The notes under the pieces are model-generated. The model searched no databases. It saw only the letters and a program-made list of their open reading frames with translations, and had not been told where the DNA came from. Source: an uncultured Parabacteroides sp. (GTDB lineage: Bacteria; Bacteroidota; Bacteroidia; Bacteroidales; Tannerellaceae). From it: 64,000 bases of DNA. Shown here one piece after another: positions 1-9,879 of this stretch. Location of the stretch: the NCBI GenBank assembly GCA_944325355.1, contig CALUZS010000015.1:12758-76757 (forward strand), read 5' to 3'. The first letter of the stretch is position 1; every line of letters begins with the position of its first letter. The position numbers and the translations under genes were made by a program.

Positions 1-978
1 TTAAGCGAGTTGGAACAAGATGCTCATGAATATCGTCCGGATACGTTGGATGTGTTGTCGGTGGTTTCTCCTACATATATGTTAGATGGAAATATAGAAT
101 TTGACCCACTGGGGCATACTTGCAACCGTTTGGAAGCAATTTACAAATTAGTAGTCGGACGTCCTTCTTTGAGACTTAACTTAATGAAAGCTATCGAAGA
201 GAAGTGTAAGATTAAGATTGCAGGGATGTTTATTTCCCCTTTGGTCCAAGCCGATGTCCTTCTTAGTGGTGAGGATAAAAAGTTGGGATGTGCGTTAGTG
301 TGTTTTGGAGCAGGCGTTACATCTTTGGCTGTATATAAGAATGGCAAGTTGATAAACCTTATTGTTATCCCGTTGGGCTGCAATCTGATTACTCGGGATA
401 TAATGTCACTTGAGTTGAATGATTCAGAAGCGGAGCGGATAAAACGGAACTATGCAAGTGCCCGTGCGGATAAAAAAAATAAAACATCCATTCAAGTTAA
501 TTTTTTGAATGGGGAAGGCAAATTGAGTTTGTCGAAATTGGATATTGTTGTTGAAGCCCGGATGAAAGAAATCCTGGAAAACGTATATGCCCGTTTGAAA
601 GATGTTGCAGTAGCTGATTCATTGGAAGCCGGTATCATTATTTGTGGTGGTGGCGCGTATCTGAAGTATCTTCCGGAGGTAATGCAGAACCGGTTTGGAA
701 TGAATGTACGTTATGCTGAAATCTGTAACGGAATAGTGGAGGAGGAGAGTCTCTCTTTTGTCCGTAATCCGGAAAATACAGTTGTCATAGGTTTATTGAA
801 CAGCGGAACGGAGAATTGTGCGTTTGAAGAAAAAGAGCCGGAAGAGGAAAAGAAAGAACCGGTAAAAGTAGTGAATACTCCGGTTAACGAGAATCCACAA
901 ATTACAAAAGATAAAAAGAAAGGCATTATTCGTCGTGGATTTGATTCTATAATGAATAACATATTTGAAGATGAATAG
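1..978 (+). CDS. ftsA: Cell division protein FtsA (5'-truncated by window edge)
   Basis: Frame open from base 1; FtsA motifs VCFGAGVT, IPLGCNLITRDI, AERIK and IIICGGGA; directly upstream of ftsZ. Confidence 0.93.
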   Translation, partial: LSELEQDAHEYRPDTLDVLSVVSPTYMLDGNIEFDPLGHTCNRLEAIYKLVVGRPSLRLNLMKAIEEKCKIKIAGMFISPLVQADVLLSGEDKKLGCALVCFGAGVTSLAVYKNGKLINLIVIPLGCNLITRDIMSLELNDSEAERIKRNYASARADKKNKTSIQVNFLNGEGKLSLSKLDIVVEARMKEILENVYARLKDVAVADSLEAGIIICGGGAYLKYLPEVMQNRFGMNVRYAEICNGIVEEESLSFVRNPENTVVIGLLNSGTENCAFEEKEPEEEKKEPVKVVNTPVNENPQITKDKKKGIIRRGFDSIMNNIFEDE

Positions 979-990
979 AAAGGAAAGCTT

Positions 991-2310
991 ATGGATAATT
1001 CTATATTAGATTTTCATGTGCCGACGACGGATTCTCCGAAAATCATAAAAGTTATTGGAGTCGGAGGTGGTGGTGGAAATGCCGTTAGCAATATGTATAG
1101 GGAAGGTATACAAGATGTCACCTTCTTATTATGTAACACCGATAATCAAGCATTGCAAAAATCGGAGGTGCCGAATAAATTATTAATTGGGCGGAATACA
1201 ACTCATGGACTTGGTTCAGGGAATGTCCCGGAAGTAGGTGAAAAGGCTGCTGTCGAAAGTGAAGAGGATATCCGTAGAATGTTGCAGGACGGCACGCGTA
1301 TGACATTCATCACGGCTGGAATGGGCGGAGGAACCGGAACGGGGGCAGCTCCTATTATTGCAAAAATCTCAAAAGAGATGGGCATCTTGACAGTTGGTAT
1401 TGTGACGATTCCATATCTTTTTGAAGGACGTCCTAAGATTGTCAGAGCATTGAAAGGTGTAAAAAAGCTGGCGGAAAATGTAGACTCTTTGTTGGTTATT
1501 AATAATGAACGCTTACGCGGTTTCGATGATGACATGCCGATTCCGCAAGCAAACCGGAAAGCAGACGAGACACTGACAATTGCAGCCAGGAGTATTGCAG
1601 AAATTGTTACAACTAATTTGGATCAAAATGTCGATTTCGCAGATGTAGATACCACGATGCGAGATAGCGGTGTCGCTTTAATCAGTGTTGGTTACGGGGA
1701 AGGTAAGGATCGATTGCAACAGGCGATTAATGATGCGTTGGAAAGTACGTTAATTAATGATGTTCATAATATCTTTAACGCGCAGCGTGTGGCATTCGTG
1801 ATTTATTATAGTTCGGAGAATGAGTTACGGGTGCGGGAAATGACAGACATTCATAATTTCATGGCTCGGTTTAAGACGGAGTATGAAGTAAAATGGGGAT
1901 ATGGATATGATGAAAGTCTGGGCGATAAAATTAAAATCACGATACTTGTGACGGGTTTCGGTTTGAACAGCATAGTGTTGTCTCCAGAACAGCTGCAAGA
2001 GCTTTCGGCAGAACGGTCGGCAGAACGGGAACAGGAAAATAAAGAGATAAAGGATATTTATGGCGCTTATATGGACTTTGATGGGGAACTTTCAGGTTTT
2101 TCAAAAGCAGAACCGGTTGTTCTCTCATTGGATGAATTGGATGATAATGCTCTGATAGTTCTATTGGAAGATAATCCGGCGTATAATCGTAAACCGGAAG
2201 TCGTAGACCGATTCCGTCAGGGAAAAAGTAAAAAGGAAAAAACTTATTCGGAAGAGAATATTTCGGATAAGACAGACTCCGGGAGAAGACAGGTAATAAA
2301 ATTTGAATGA
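991..2310 (+). CDS. ftsZ: Cell division GTPase FtsZ
   Basis: IKVIGVGGGGGNAV and tubulin signature AGMGGGTGTGAAP; NQDFAD-like NVDFAD. Confidence 0.98.
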   Translation: MDNSILDFHVPTTDSPKIIKVIGVGGGGGNAVSNMYREGIQDVTFLLCNTDNQALQKSEVPNKLLIGRNTTHGLGSGNVPEVGEKAAVESEEDIRRMLQDGTRMTFITAGMGGGTGTGAAPIIAKISKEMGILTVGIVTIPYLFEGRPKIVRALKGVKKLAENVDSLLVINNERLRGFDDDMPIPQANRKADETLTIAARSIAEIVTTNLDQNVDFADVDTTMRDSGVALISVGYGEGKDRLQQAINDALESTLINDVHNIFNAQRVAFVIYYSSENELRVREMTDIHNFMARFKTEYEVKWGYGYDESLGDKIKITILVTGFGLNSIVLSPEQLQELSAERSAEREQENKEIKDIYGAYMDFDGELSGFSKAEPVVLSLDELDDNALIVLLEDNPAYNRKPEVVDRFRQGKSKKEKTYSEENISDKTDSGRRQVIKFE

Positions 2311-2335
2311 TTAATGATTAAAATATAAAACGATT

Positions 2336-2785
2336 ATGGGGTTATTTGAAAAAGTCAGTGAAGACATAAAAAACGCAATGAAAGCCAAAGACAAGGTTGC
2401 TTTGGAGACTTTGAGAAATGTCAAGAAAGTATTTTTGGAAGCTAAAACAGCACCGGGTGCAGATGATACACTGTCTGATGCAGATGCATTGAAATTGATT
2501 CAGAAATTGGTTAAGCAGGGAAAAGATTCCGCAACTATTTATGAACAGCAAGGCAGGAAAGATTTGGCGGAAAATGAATTGTTGCAGGTAGCTGTTTTGG
2601 AGAAATACATGCCGGCTCAAATGTCGGCAGAAGAATTGGAAGCCGCATTGAAAGATATTATTGCGCAAGTAGGAGCCGCCGGTCCGAAAGATATGGGTAA
2701 AGTAATGGGGGTTGCTTCCAAAGCATTGGCAGGAAAAGCAGAAGGACGAGTAATATCGGAAACGGTAAAGCGTTTATTGGCTTAG
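2336..2785 (+). CDS. GatB/YqeY domain protein
   Basis: 149 aa with YqeY pattern (AMKAKDK, KDMGKVMG, AEGRVIS); typical position after ftsZ in Bacteroidetes. Confidence 0.9.
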   Translation: MGLFEKVSEDIKNAMKAKDKVALETLRNVKKVFLEAKTAPGADDTLSDADALKLIQKLVKQGKDSATIYEQQGRKDLAENELLQVAVLEKYMPAQMSAEELEAALKDIIAQVGAAGPKDMGKVMGVASKALAGKAEGRVISETVKRLLA

Positions 2786-2800
2786 ATTAATAGATAGAAG

Positions 2801-2840
2801 AGGAGAAGAAGTTGATGTGAAACTTTTTCTCCTTGTTTTT
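2801..2840 (+). terminator. Rho-independent terminator after the ftsA-ftsZ-yqeY unit
   Basis: AGGAGAAGAAGTT (2801-2813) pairs with AACTTTTTCTCCT (2821-2833, G-U allowed), followed by TGTTTTT. Confidence 0.6.
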
Positions 2841-2874
2841 AAAGTTGTATTATTAAATTAAAGATGAATTTGCC

Positions 2875-4317
2875 ATGATTACATTCACTTGTTGTTTTAT
2901 CGCTTTGGTTGTCGGATATTTTGTATACGGTAAATTTGCAGAGCGAATTATAGGCGTGAATCCACAGTTGAAGACTCCGGCTTATACGATGCAGGACGGA
3001 GTCGATTATATCCCGATGCCGACATGGAAAGTATTTATGATTCAGTTTTTGAATATCGCGGGATTGGGTCCGATATTTGGTGCGATTTTAGGGGCGAAGT
3101 TTGGAACTTCTTCTTTTTTATGGATTGTGCTGGGTAGCATATTTGCAGGAGGAGTACATGATTTCTTTTCAGCGATGCTTTCTTTGCGCCACGGGGGAGA
3201 AAGCCTTCCTGAATTAATTGGCCGTTATCTTGGAAACTCGGCGAAATTGTTTATGCGCGGATTTACGGTTGTTTTGATGGTTCTTGTTGGAGCTGTCTTT
3301 GTTGCCGGTCCGGCTGGTTTGTTGGCCAGTTTAACACCCGAAGTATTGGATACATCTTTTTGGATAATTGTTGTTTTTATATATTATCTGCTTGCAACGT
3401 TGTTGCCGATAGATAAAATCATAGGTAAGATTTATCCGTTGTTTGCTGTCGCCCTGCTGTTTATGGCAGTAGGTATTTTTGTTATGTTATATGTAAATCA
3501 TCCGGAACTTCCGGAATTGACAGATGGTTTGGCAAATACACATCCTGAAGGATTACCCATTTTCCCGATAATGTTTGTAAGTATTGCCTGTGGTGCAATT
3601 TCCGGTTTTCATGGAACACAAAGTCCGTTGATGGCCCGCTGCCTGAAAAATGAAAAATATGCTTGCCCTGTTTTTTACGGTTCGATGATAACAGAAGGTA
3701 TCGTTGCGTTGATTTGGGCAGCAGCTGCAACTTATTTCTTCCATGAACATGGAATGGATGAGAATAATGCCGCAGTTGTGGTAGACAGCATTACAAAAGA
3801 GTGGTTGGGGACGGTAGGTGGTATTTTAGCAGTGCTGGGAGTTATTGCTGCTCCTATCACATCCGGTGATACGGCTTTCCGTTCGGCGCGGTTGATTATT
3901 GCGGATTTCTTGCATTTGGAGCAAAAAACAATTTTCAAACGTCTGCTGATTAGTGTACCTCTCTTTATTGTTGGTGCCGGATTGTTGCTGTATAGCCAAA
4001 AAGATAAGGATGGTTTTGATATGATATGGCGTTATTTTGCGTGGACAAACCAGACTTTGGCAATGTTTACCCTCTGGGCTTTGACGGTATATTTGGTTCG
4101 TGCCCGGAAATTGTATATCATGACATTGATTCCTGCAGTATTCATGACGGCTGTTTGTTCTACCTATATATTTGTTGCGCCTGAAGGTTTATCGATGGCT
4201 GTTGGTATTTCTCAGACCATAGGGCTTTGTATAACAGCAGTAATTTTGGTATGGTTCGTTTTCTGGTTGCTTCGTTATAAGAAAGAGACGCCAAATGCCG
4301 GTAAAGATACCCTATAA
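2875..4317 (+). CDS. cstA: Carbon starvation protein A family transporter
   Basis: Polytopic membrane protein with QFLNIAGLGPIFG, IACGAISGFHGTQSP and APITSGDTAFRSAR motifs. Confidence 0.92.
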   Translation: MITFTCCFIALVVGYFVYGKFAERIIGVNPQLKTPAYTMQDGVDYIPMPTWKVFMIQFLNIAGLGPIFGAILGAKFGTSSFLWIVLGSIFAGGVHDFFSAMLSLRHGGESLPELIGRYLGNSAKLFMRGFTVVLMVLVGAVFVAGPAGLLASLTPEVLDTSFWIIVVFIYYLLATLLPIDKIIGKIYPLFAVALLFMAVGIFVMLYVNHPELPELTDGLANTHPEGLPIFPIMFVSIACGAISGFHGTQSPLMARCLKNEKYACPVFYGSMITEGIVALIWAAAATYFFHEHGMDENNAAVVVDSITKEWLGTVGGILAVLGVIAAPITSGDTAFRSARLIIADFLHLEQKTIFKRLLISVPLFIVGAGLLLYSQKDKDGFDMIWRYFAWTNQTLAMFTLWALTVYLVRARKLYIMTLIPAVFMTAVCSTYIFVAPEGLSMAVGISQTIGLCITAVILVWFVFWLLRYKKETPNAGKDTL

Positions 4318-4417
4318 GTGGAAGTCTCCGGCGTGTTATATTATTCGGATATGAATAGTGCTTTTCATTATTGGGCAGCCGTAGTTTAAAAAGAAGGTTT
4401 TATACATTAATAAATAT

Positions 4418-5695
4418 ATGAATAGAAAACAAAAGTTATCGACAATTTGCGTACAGGGTGGCTGGAAGCCGAAAAACGGCGAGCCGCGTGTTTTGCCAAT
4501 TTACCAAAGTACGACATTTAAATATGAGACAAGCGAACAAATGGCTCGCTTGTTTGATTTGGAGGAAAGCGGGTATTTTTATACACGTTTGCAGAATCCG
4601 ACAAACGATGCAGTGGCTTCAAAGATCGCTGAACTGGAAGGTGGAGTAGCTGCTATGTTGACATCTTCCGGTCAGGCGGCTAATTTTTATGCATGTTTCA
4701 ATATTTGTGAAGCCGGTGACCATATTGTCAGTGCAACGAGTATTTATGGAGGAACCTATAATTTACTTTCCGTTACATTTAAGAAATTCGGTATAGAATG
4801 TACCTTCGTTGACCAAGAAGCCAGCGAGGAGGAGATAAGTAAAGCATTTCGTCCGAATACAAAACTCTTGTTTGGTGAAATGTTATCGAACCCGGGGGTG
4901 ATGGTATTGGATGTGGAGAAATTTGCCCGCATTGCCCATAACCATGGTGTGCCTTTGATTGTAGATAATACGTTTGCTACACCTATCAATTGCCGTCCCT
5001 TTGAGTGGGGTGCCGATATTGTCACACATTCAACGACGAAATATATGGATGGTCATGCGACATGTGTGGGCGGTTGTATTGTTGATAGTGGAAATTTTGA
5101 CTGGGAAGCGTATGCCGATAAATACCCTGGTCTTTGTTTGCCGGATGAATCCTATCATGGATTGGTATATACGAAAGCATTTGGTAAGATGGCATATATA
5201 ACAAAGGCAACGAGCCAATTGATGCGTGACCTTGGGGCTATACAGTCTCCGGAGAATGCTTTTTTATTGAATCTGGGATTGGAGACGTTACATTTACGGA
5301 TGCCTCGCCATTGTCAGAATGCTCTCCGAGTAGCAGAGTGGCTGGAGAGTAATGAGAAAGTGGCTTGGGTCTCTTATCCGGGACTGAAAAATGATAAGTG
5401 TCATGAGTTGGCAGAGAAATATCTTCCGAACGGTTCCTGCGGCGTCTTGTCGTTTGGTCTGAAAGGGGGACGGGATGTTGCTATCCGTTTCATGGACAAA
5501 TTGAAACTTGTAGCAATAGTTACCCATGTGGCGGATGCACGAACTTCCATATTGCATCCGGCAAGCCATACACATCGCCAATTGTCCGATGAACAATTGA
5601 AAGAGGCTGGGATTGCTCCTGACTTGATGCGGTTGTCTGTCGGTATTGAAGATATTGATGATATTATTGCAGATATAAAGCAGGCTTTGGAATAA
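4418..5695 (+). CDS. metY: O-acetylhomoserine aminocarboxypropyltransferase (PLP, Cys/Met metabolism)
   Basis: YTRLQNPT, VDNTFATP, PLP-lysine motif HSTTKYMDGH, HPASHTHRQL. Confidence 0.9.
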   Translation: MNRKQKLSTICVQGGWKPKNGEPRVLPIYQSTTFKYETSEQMARLFDLEESGYFYTRLQNPTNDAVASKIAELEGGVAAMLTSSGQAANFYACFNICEAGDHIVSATSIYGGTYNLLSVTFKKFGIECTFVDQEASEEEISKAFRPNTKLLFGEMLSNPGVMVLDVEKFARIAHNHGVPLIVDNTFATPINCRPFEWGADIVTHSTTKYMDGHATCVGGCIVDSGNFDWEAYADKYPGLCLPDESYHGLVYTKAFGKMAYITKATSQLMRDLGAIQSPENAFLLNLGLETLHLRMPRHCQNALRVAEWLESNEKVAWVSYPGLKNDKCHELAEKYLPNGSCGVLSFGLKGGRDVAIRFMDKLKLVAIVTHVADARTSILHPASHTHRQLSDEQLKEAGIAPDLMRLSVGIEDIDDIIADIKQALE

Positions 5696-5712
5696 CAGAC
5701 CTTAACATAAAA

Positions 5713-5758
5713 ACCCAGGGACATGTAAGTTTAACTACATGCCCTGGGTCGTTTTTAT
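5713..5758. terminator. Probable bidirectional terminator between convergent metY and DUF4251 genes
   Basis: ACCCAGGG-a-CATGTA ... TACATG-CCCTGGGT with an A run before and a T run after. Confidence 0.75.
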
Positions 5759-5778
5759 TTATTAATGCCGTCTGTTTT

Positions 5779-6351
5779 TTATAAAGCGCGTCCTTTATAA
5801 ATATCGGATTTGTCGAATGGATATAAATATCCGGTGAAATTCATCCGGTTGCCGTTAAAGTTCGGGCTAACCATCGCAGTACAGAAGTTTGACCCTTTGC
5901 TCATACGGATTGTTACGGTTGCCGAAACTCCGACTCCCTGGACCATCATGTTGTAGGTGATATTCCCTTTACGGTCTTGTTTCAGACTGATGTTTGAAAC
6001 ATTTCCATCAACAGTAATACCCCCGATTCCGTTGGGACCGCTGAATGCTGCCCCGGTAGAGTTCAGTTGGATGGTCGCTTTTTCGTCCACCATTGAGATA
6101 AAATTGGTATTGGGTGATACATATACGTTTGTCCCTCTACGAAATTCTACCCTGTCGGCTTCTAATACAAAATATCCATCGTTTAAAGCTTTAAAAGCTT
6201 CTGCAAATAGAGCCATTTCTTCGGCTTCTTTCTTTGCCTTTTCTGCTTCTTTTCGGGCTTTTCTTGTCTCTTTGTCTGATTCGTTTTGTGCGAATGATGT
6301 TGTAGCACCCATCAATACAACGATTAGTAGTAGGCATAATTTTTTTAACAT
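5779..6351 (-). CDS. DUF4251-like exported protein
   Basis: Signal peptide, Lys/Glu helix, then FVLEADRV...NTNF...NGIGGITVDG pattern of Bacteroidetes DUF4251. Confidence 0.75.
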   Translation of the reverse strand: MLKKLCLLLIVVLMGATTSFAQNESDKETRKARKEAEKAKKEAEEMALFAEAFKALNDGYFVLEADRVEFRRGTNVYVSPNTNFISMVDEKATIQLNSTGAAFSGPNGIGGITVDGNVSNISLKQDRKGNITYNMMVQGVGVSATVTIRMSKGSNFCTAMVSPNFNGNRMNFTGYLYPFDKSDIYKGRAL

Positions 6352-6463
6352 AATCTTAGTCTCCTTTCTTGCTTTTATAATTTATATAATAGCGGAAAAG
6401 ATAAAGAAAAAGGGTATTCTCCGTTTTTCTTCCGTTATCTATATTATAGACGCATAAACTGTC

Positions 6464-7813
6464 TCAATTGTTGCTCTTTTTATGACTTTTAACATGGAAA
6501 TATAAGAATATCCAAGCCGTCATTGCTGCAAGAATATCTGAAAATGGTCCGGAAAGCCATACTCCGTCTAAACCGAAGAACAAAGGTAGGATTAATATTG
6601 ATGGTATCAGGAACAGCACTTGCCGGCTCAAACTTAACAACATGGCTTTCCATGCAATACCAATACTTTGGAAATATTGACATATAACGATTTGAGAACC
6701 TACTACGAGGAATCCTGCCAAGTTCAGGCGCAGACCGTTGGATGCAATCTCTATCAGTTCTTTATCGTTGGTAAAAATGGACGTGATTGCTGCCGGAAAC
6801 AGTTCGCAACAAAGGAATCCGCTGCCCGTTATGATGGTTGCTATTATTAATACGGTGTGTAAGGTAGAATATACACGGTCTGATAGTCCGGCACCATAGT
6901 TGAAACCAATAATGGGTTGCATTCCTTGTGATATGCCAATGATGAGCATTACCAGTAACATACCTACGCTGGTGATGATTCCGGCAGCGCCAACAGCCAA
7001 ATCTCCTCCCTCTTTTATGAGTGCTTGATTCAGTATCACGTTCACCAGACTACCAGCAAGTTGCATGGCAAAAGGAGAGATCCCGATACTTAATATTGCC
7101 CATACGATAGACTGGTGTAGCTTTAAATAAGGACGACGGATGTGTATGATGGTACTTTTTGAACGGAAATGAGCTAAGACAAAATAGGCACTGATTGCCA
7201 TCGAAATTACGGTTGCGATGGCGGCCCCTTGTATTCCCATGTCAAATAAGAAGATGAAAACCGGGTCTAAGATGATATTGGAAACGGCTCCGATAAGCAT
7301 ATAAATCATCGCTTTTTTCGGATATCCGGAAGCTCTCATGGCTGCGTTATAGCCAAAACTGAACGAAGCCAACAGGTTTCCGGGGATGGCGATGTATAAA
7401 TAATCCATAGCATAGGGCAATGTTTGTTCGCTTCCTCCGAACCATAGTAGTATATCTTCCAGGAAAATCATCGAAGGTATGATGCTTGCTAATCCAAATA
7501 GGAGACTTAGTGTAAACATATTTCCTAAGACTTGTTCGGCAAGTGCGTATTCTTTCCGTCCTAAATAGATAGAGATGCGGGGGGCGGCTCCAAGCCCTAT
7601 TAACATTCCGAAAGCCTGAAGGAAGAGCATGATGGGAAACGTCAGTGTTAGACCCGACATAGCCAAGGCTCCTACTCCGTTCCCGATGAAAATACGGTCA
7701 ACGATATTGTATAGGGCGTTGACCATTGTTCCAATGATAGCCGGGATCGCGAAATGTATCAACAGCCGACTGGTTTTTTCATGTTCCAGCTTCCAAGTAA
7801 TCTCATTTGTCAT
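6464..7813 (-). CDS. MATE family efflux transporter
   Basis: FAIPAIIGTMVNALYNIVDRIFIG, MGIQGAAIATVIS, QPIIGFNYGA; start trimmed to MTNEIT (ORF track start 7852). Confidence 0.92.
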   Translation of the reverse strand: MTNEITWKLEHEKTSRLLIHFAIPAIIGTMVNALYNIVDRIFIGNGVGALAMSGLTLTFPIMLFLQAFGMLIGLGAAPRISIYLGRKEYALAEQVLGNMFTLSLLFGLASIIPSMIFLEDILLWFGGSEQTLPYAMDYLYIAIPGNLLASFSFGYNAAMRASGYPKKAMIYMLIGAVSNIILDPVFIFLFDMGIQGAAIATVISMAISAYFVLAHFRSKSTIIHIRRPYLKLHQSIVWAILSIGISPFAMQLAGSLVNVILNQALIKEGGDLAVGAAGIITSVGMLLVMLIIGISQGMQPIIGFNYGAGLSDRVYSTLHTVLIIATIITGSGFLCCELFPAAITSIFTNDKELIEIASNGLRLNLAGFLVVGSQIVICQYFQSIGIAWKAMLLSLSRQVLFLIPSILILPLFFGLDGVWLSGPFSDILAAMTAWIFLYFHVKSHKKSNN

Positions 7814-7823
7814 AGTTTTCTGT

Positions 7824-8831
7824 TTAAAAAAGATTTTGAATGAGTTCTGCAACGGTGTGTGAAACCTTCCACAGATTGCCTTGCCGATAAATCTTTAAAT
7901 TTTCGGCATTTTCGCATACAACTGACAGGTAGTTGTCGCTTTTAGGGGATGGCAAAAATCCGTTTCTAATCAAGGCATTTCCAACCCAATAGGAGACTTT
8001 GAAATCGCCTTCGATGCCGATAGGCACGGTGGGGGTCGTCATACTGATTTTTCCTGTGGATTCATCAAATGAAATGTCATCTTTATTGAAAAAAACGCCA
8101 AAGCGATGTTGTAAAATCAAATCTTCCGGGCTGCCTACTGCCATCGGGAGTTCTTTGCCTTGAAGCCATAAACAGTCTCCCATCTGAATAGCCAAATCCA
8201 AATCGTGTGTGGATAGCAATATCGCCTTGTCTTGTTCCCGAGCCAGTTTATGCAGTAGTGTCATTATTTCAATCCGGCTGGTTACGTCCAAAAATGCGGT
8301 AGGCTCGTCCAATATGATAATGGGGCATTGTTGTGCCAATGCTTTGGCAATCATTGCTTTTTGTCGTTCTCCATCGCTTAGCTCCGCAACATTGCAGTCG
8401 GTTTTGTGGGAAATCCCTACGGCTTCGATAGACTGTTCAATAACAGACAAGTCATTGGCTTTCAATTGCCCGAAAAAGCCGGAATAGGGATATCGTCCCA
8501 ACGAAACCAATTCATGGACGGTGAGGTTGCCAACATTCGTCTTTTCGGTTAATACGACACCGACCATTTGGGAAAGTTTCCGTTGTGGATAGCTATCCAA
8601 TGGCTTCCCTTGTAAATAGATTGTCCCGGATAATGGAGGTTGAAATCCGCAGAGGGTACGTAGCAAGGTGGATTTACCAGCACCGTTTAGCCCTAACAGG
8701 CAGGTGACTTCCCCGTTACGAAGCTTCAGGTTCAACTGTTCATGCACGATTTTTTTTCTGCCTTTCTTCAGGTGGTAACCGATGCCCAAATTTTTTGTTT
8801 CGATTGCTGCTGTATGGATAATCGTCTTCAT
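7824..8831 (-). CDS. ABC transporter ATP-binding protein (iron-siderophore/cobalamin type)
   Basis: Walker A GLNGAGKST, signature LSDGERQ, Walker B IIILDEPT, H-loop STHDL; start MKTIIH shares base 8831 with the permease stop (TGATG). Confidence 0.9.
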   Translation of the reverse strand: MKTIIHTAAIETKNLGIGYHLKKGRKKIVHEQLNLKLRNGEVTCLLGLNGAGKSTLLRTLCGFQPPLSGTIYLQGKPLDSYPQRKLSQMVGVVLTEKTNVGNLTVHELVSLGRYPYSGFFGQLKANDLSVIEQSIEAVGISHKTDCNVAELSDGERQKAMIAKALAQQCPIIILDEPTAFLDVTSRIEIMTLLHKLAREQDKAILLSTHDLDLAIQMGDCLWLQGKELPMAVGSPEDLILQHRFGVFFNKDDISFDESTGKISMTTPTVPIGIEGDFKVSYWVGNALIRNGFLPSPKSDNYLSVVCENAENLKIYRQGNLWKVSHTVAELIQNLF

Positions 8832-9877
8832 CAGTTGAAATATTGGATATTTTTCCGGTTCATGATTACATAGATGATGATAGGTGCCCCTAATAGTGGA
8901 GTTACGGCATTCAGCGGGAGAATCGTGTTCGAACCGGGTATAATCATCAGGATATTGCATAATAGTGCGATGATTGCTCCTGCGAAAATTGTTACGGGAA
9001 GCAGCATCTTATGGTTGGATGTACCCAATATCAGTCGGGCAACATGCGGGACGGCAAGTCCAATAAAGGAAATGGGACCGCAGAAAGCTGTCGTTGTCGC
9101 TGTAAGCAAACCTGTGCAGAAAAGGATACAGATGCGTGTCCGTTTGATTTTCACACCCAGATTGGCAGCGTATAACTCACCCAGGAGAAGGGCATTCAGC
9201 GGTTTTATCATCAACAGAGAGAGGAGTAGCCCTATGCTTGAGAACATGACAAAGTATGGGATATGTCCCAATGATACACCGGAGAAATTACCGAGTCCCC
9301 ACATGACATACGCATGAATCCTGTCGGCCGATGCATAATAGTTGAGGATGGAAATCAACGACGAGGTGAGATATCCTATCATGATGCCAATGATTAGTAG
9401 TATTACGTTGCTCTTTACTTTCGTAGAAAAGTATATGATAACTCCCAATATGATGCAGGCTCCTACGAATGCTGCCAATATAACGGTGATGTATCCGCTG
9501 ATGGGATAATCGGTGATATTGCTGAGTGAGCCCCCGAAATAGAGCATTATGGCGGCAACACCCAAGTTTGCCCCATCGCTGATTCCTAAGATGGAAGGGC
9601 CGGCTAAGGGATTCCGGAAAAGTGTCTGGAGTAACAGTCCGCTGACTGCCAGCGATGCTCCTGCCATGATGGCGGTTATTGCTTGGGGAATGCGTGATTG
9701 CAGTACAATCTGCTCCCAGGCGTTGTTACCGGTCTCTTTCCCGGATAAAATGTCTAAGATGGTGGATAAAGGAATCGATACTGAGCCATAGACCAATGAA
9801 ACGATAAACAGTAAGAGAAGGATACTGCTTAACGAGGTATAGAAGATAGCAGATTTTTTTTCTCCCTTCATTCGCAT
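8831..9877 (-). CDS. FecCD/BtuC-family ABC transporter permease
   Basis: RIPQAITA, LQTLFRNPLAGPSILGIS, GPISFIGLAVPH motifs. Confidence 0.9.
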   Translation of the reverse strand: MRMKGEKKSAIFYTSLSSILLLLFIVSLVYGSVSIPLSTILDILSGKETGNNAWEQIVLQSRIPQAITAIMAGASLAVSGLLLQTLFRNPLAGPSILGISDGANLGVAAIMLYFGGSLSNITDYPISGYITVILAAFVGACIILGVIIYFSTKVKSNVILLIIGIMIGYLTSSLISILNYYASADRIHAYVMWGLGNFSGVSLGHIPYFVMFSSIGLLLSLLMIKPLNALLLGELYAANLGVKIKRTRICILFCTGLLTATTTAFCGPISFIGLAVPHVARLILGTSNHKMLLPVTIFAGAIIALLCNILMIIPGSNTILPLNAVTPLLGAPIIIYVIMNRKNIQYFN

Positions 9878-9879
9878 CT

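Noticed and set aside
4318-4417. Possible SAM-II riboswitch upstream of metY (CCGTAGTTTAAAAAG resembles the 3' end of SAM-II)
   Set aside because: No P1 stem, UGAUUUAA-type loop or complementary P2b strand could be found
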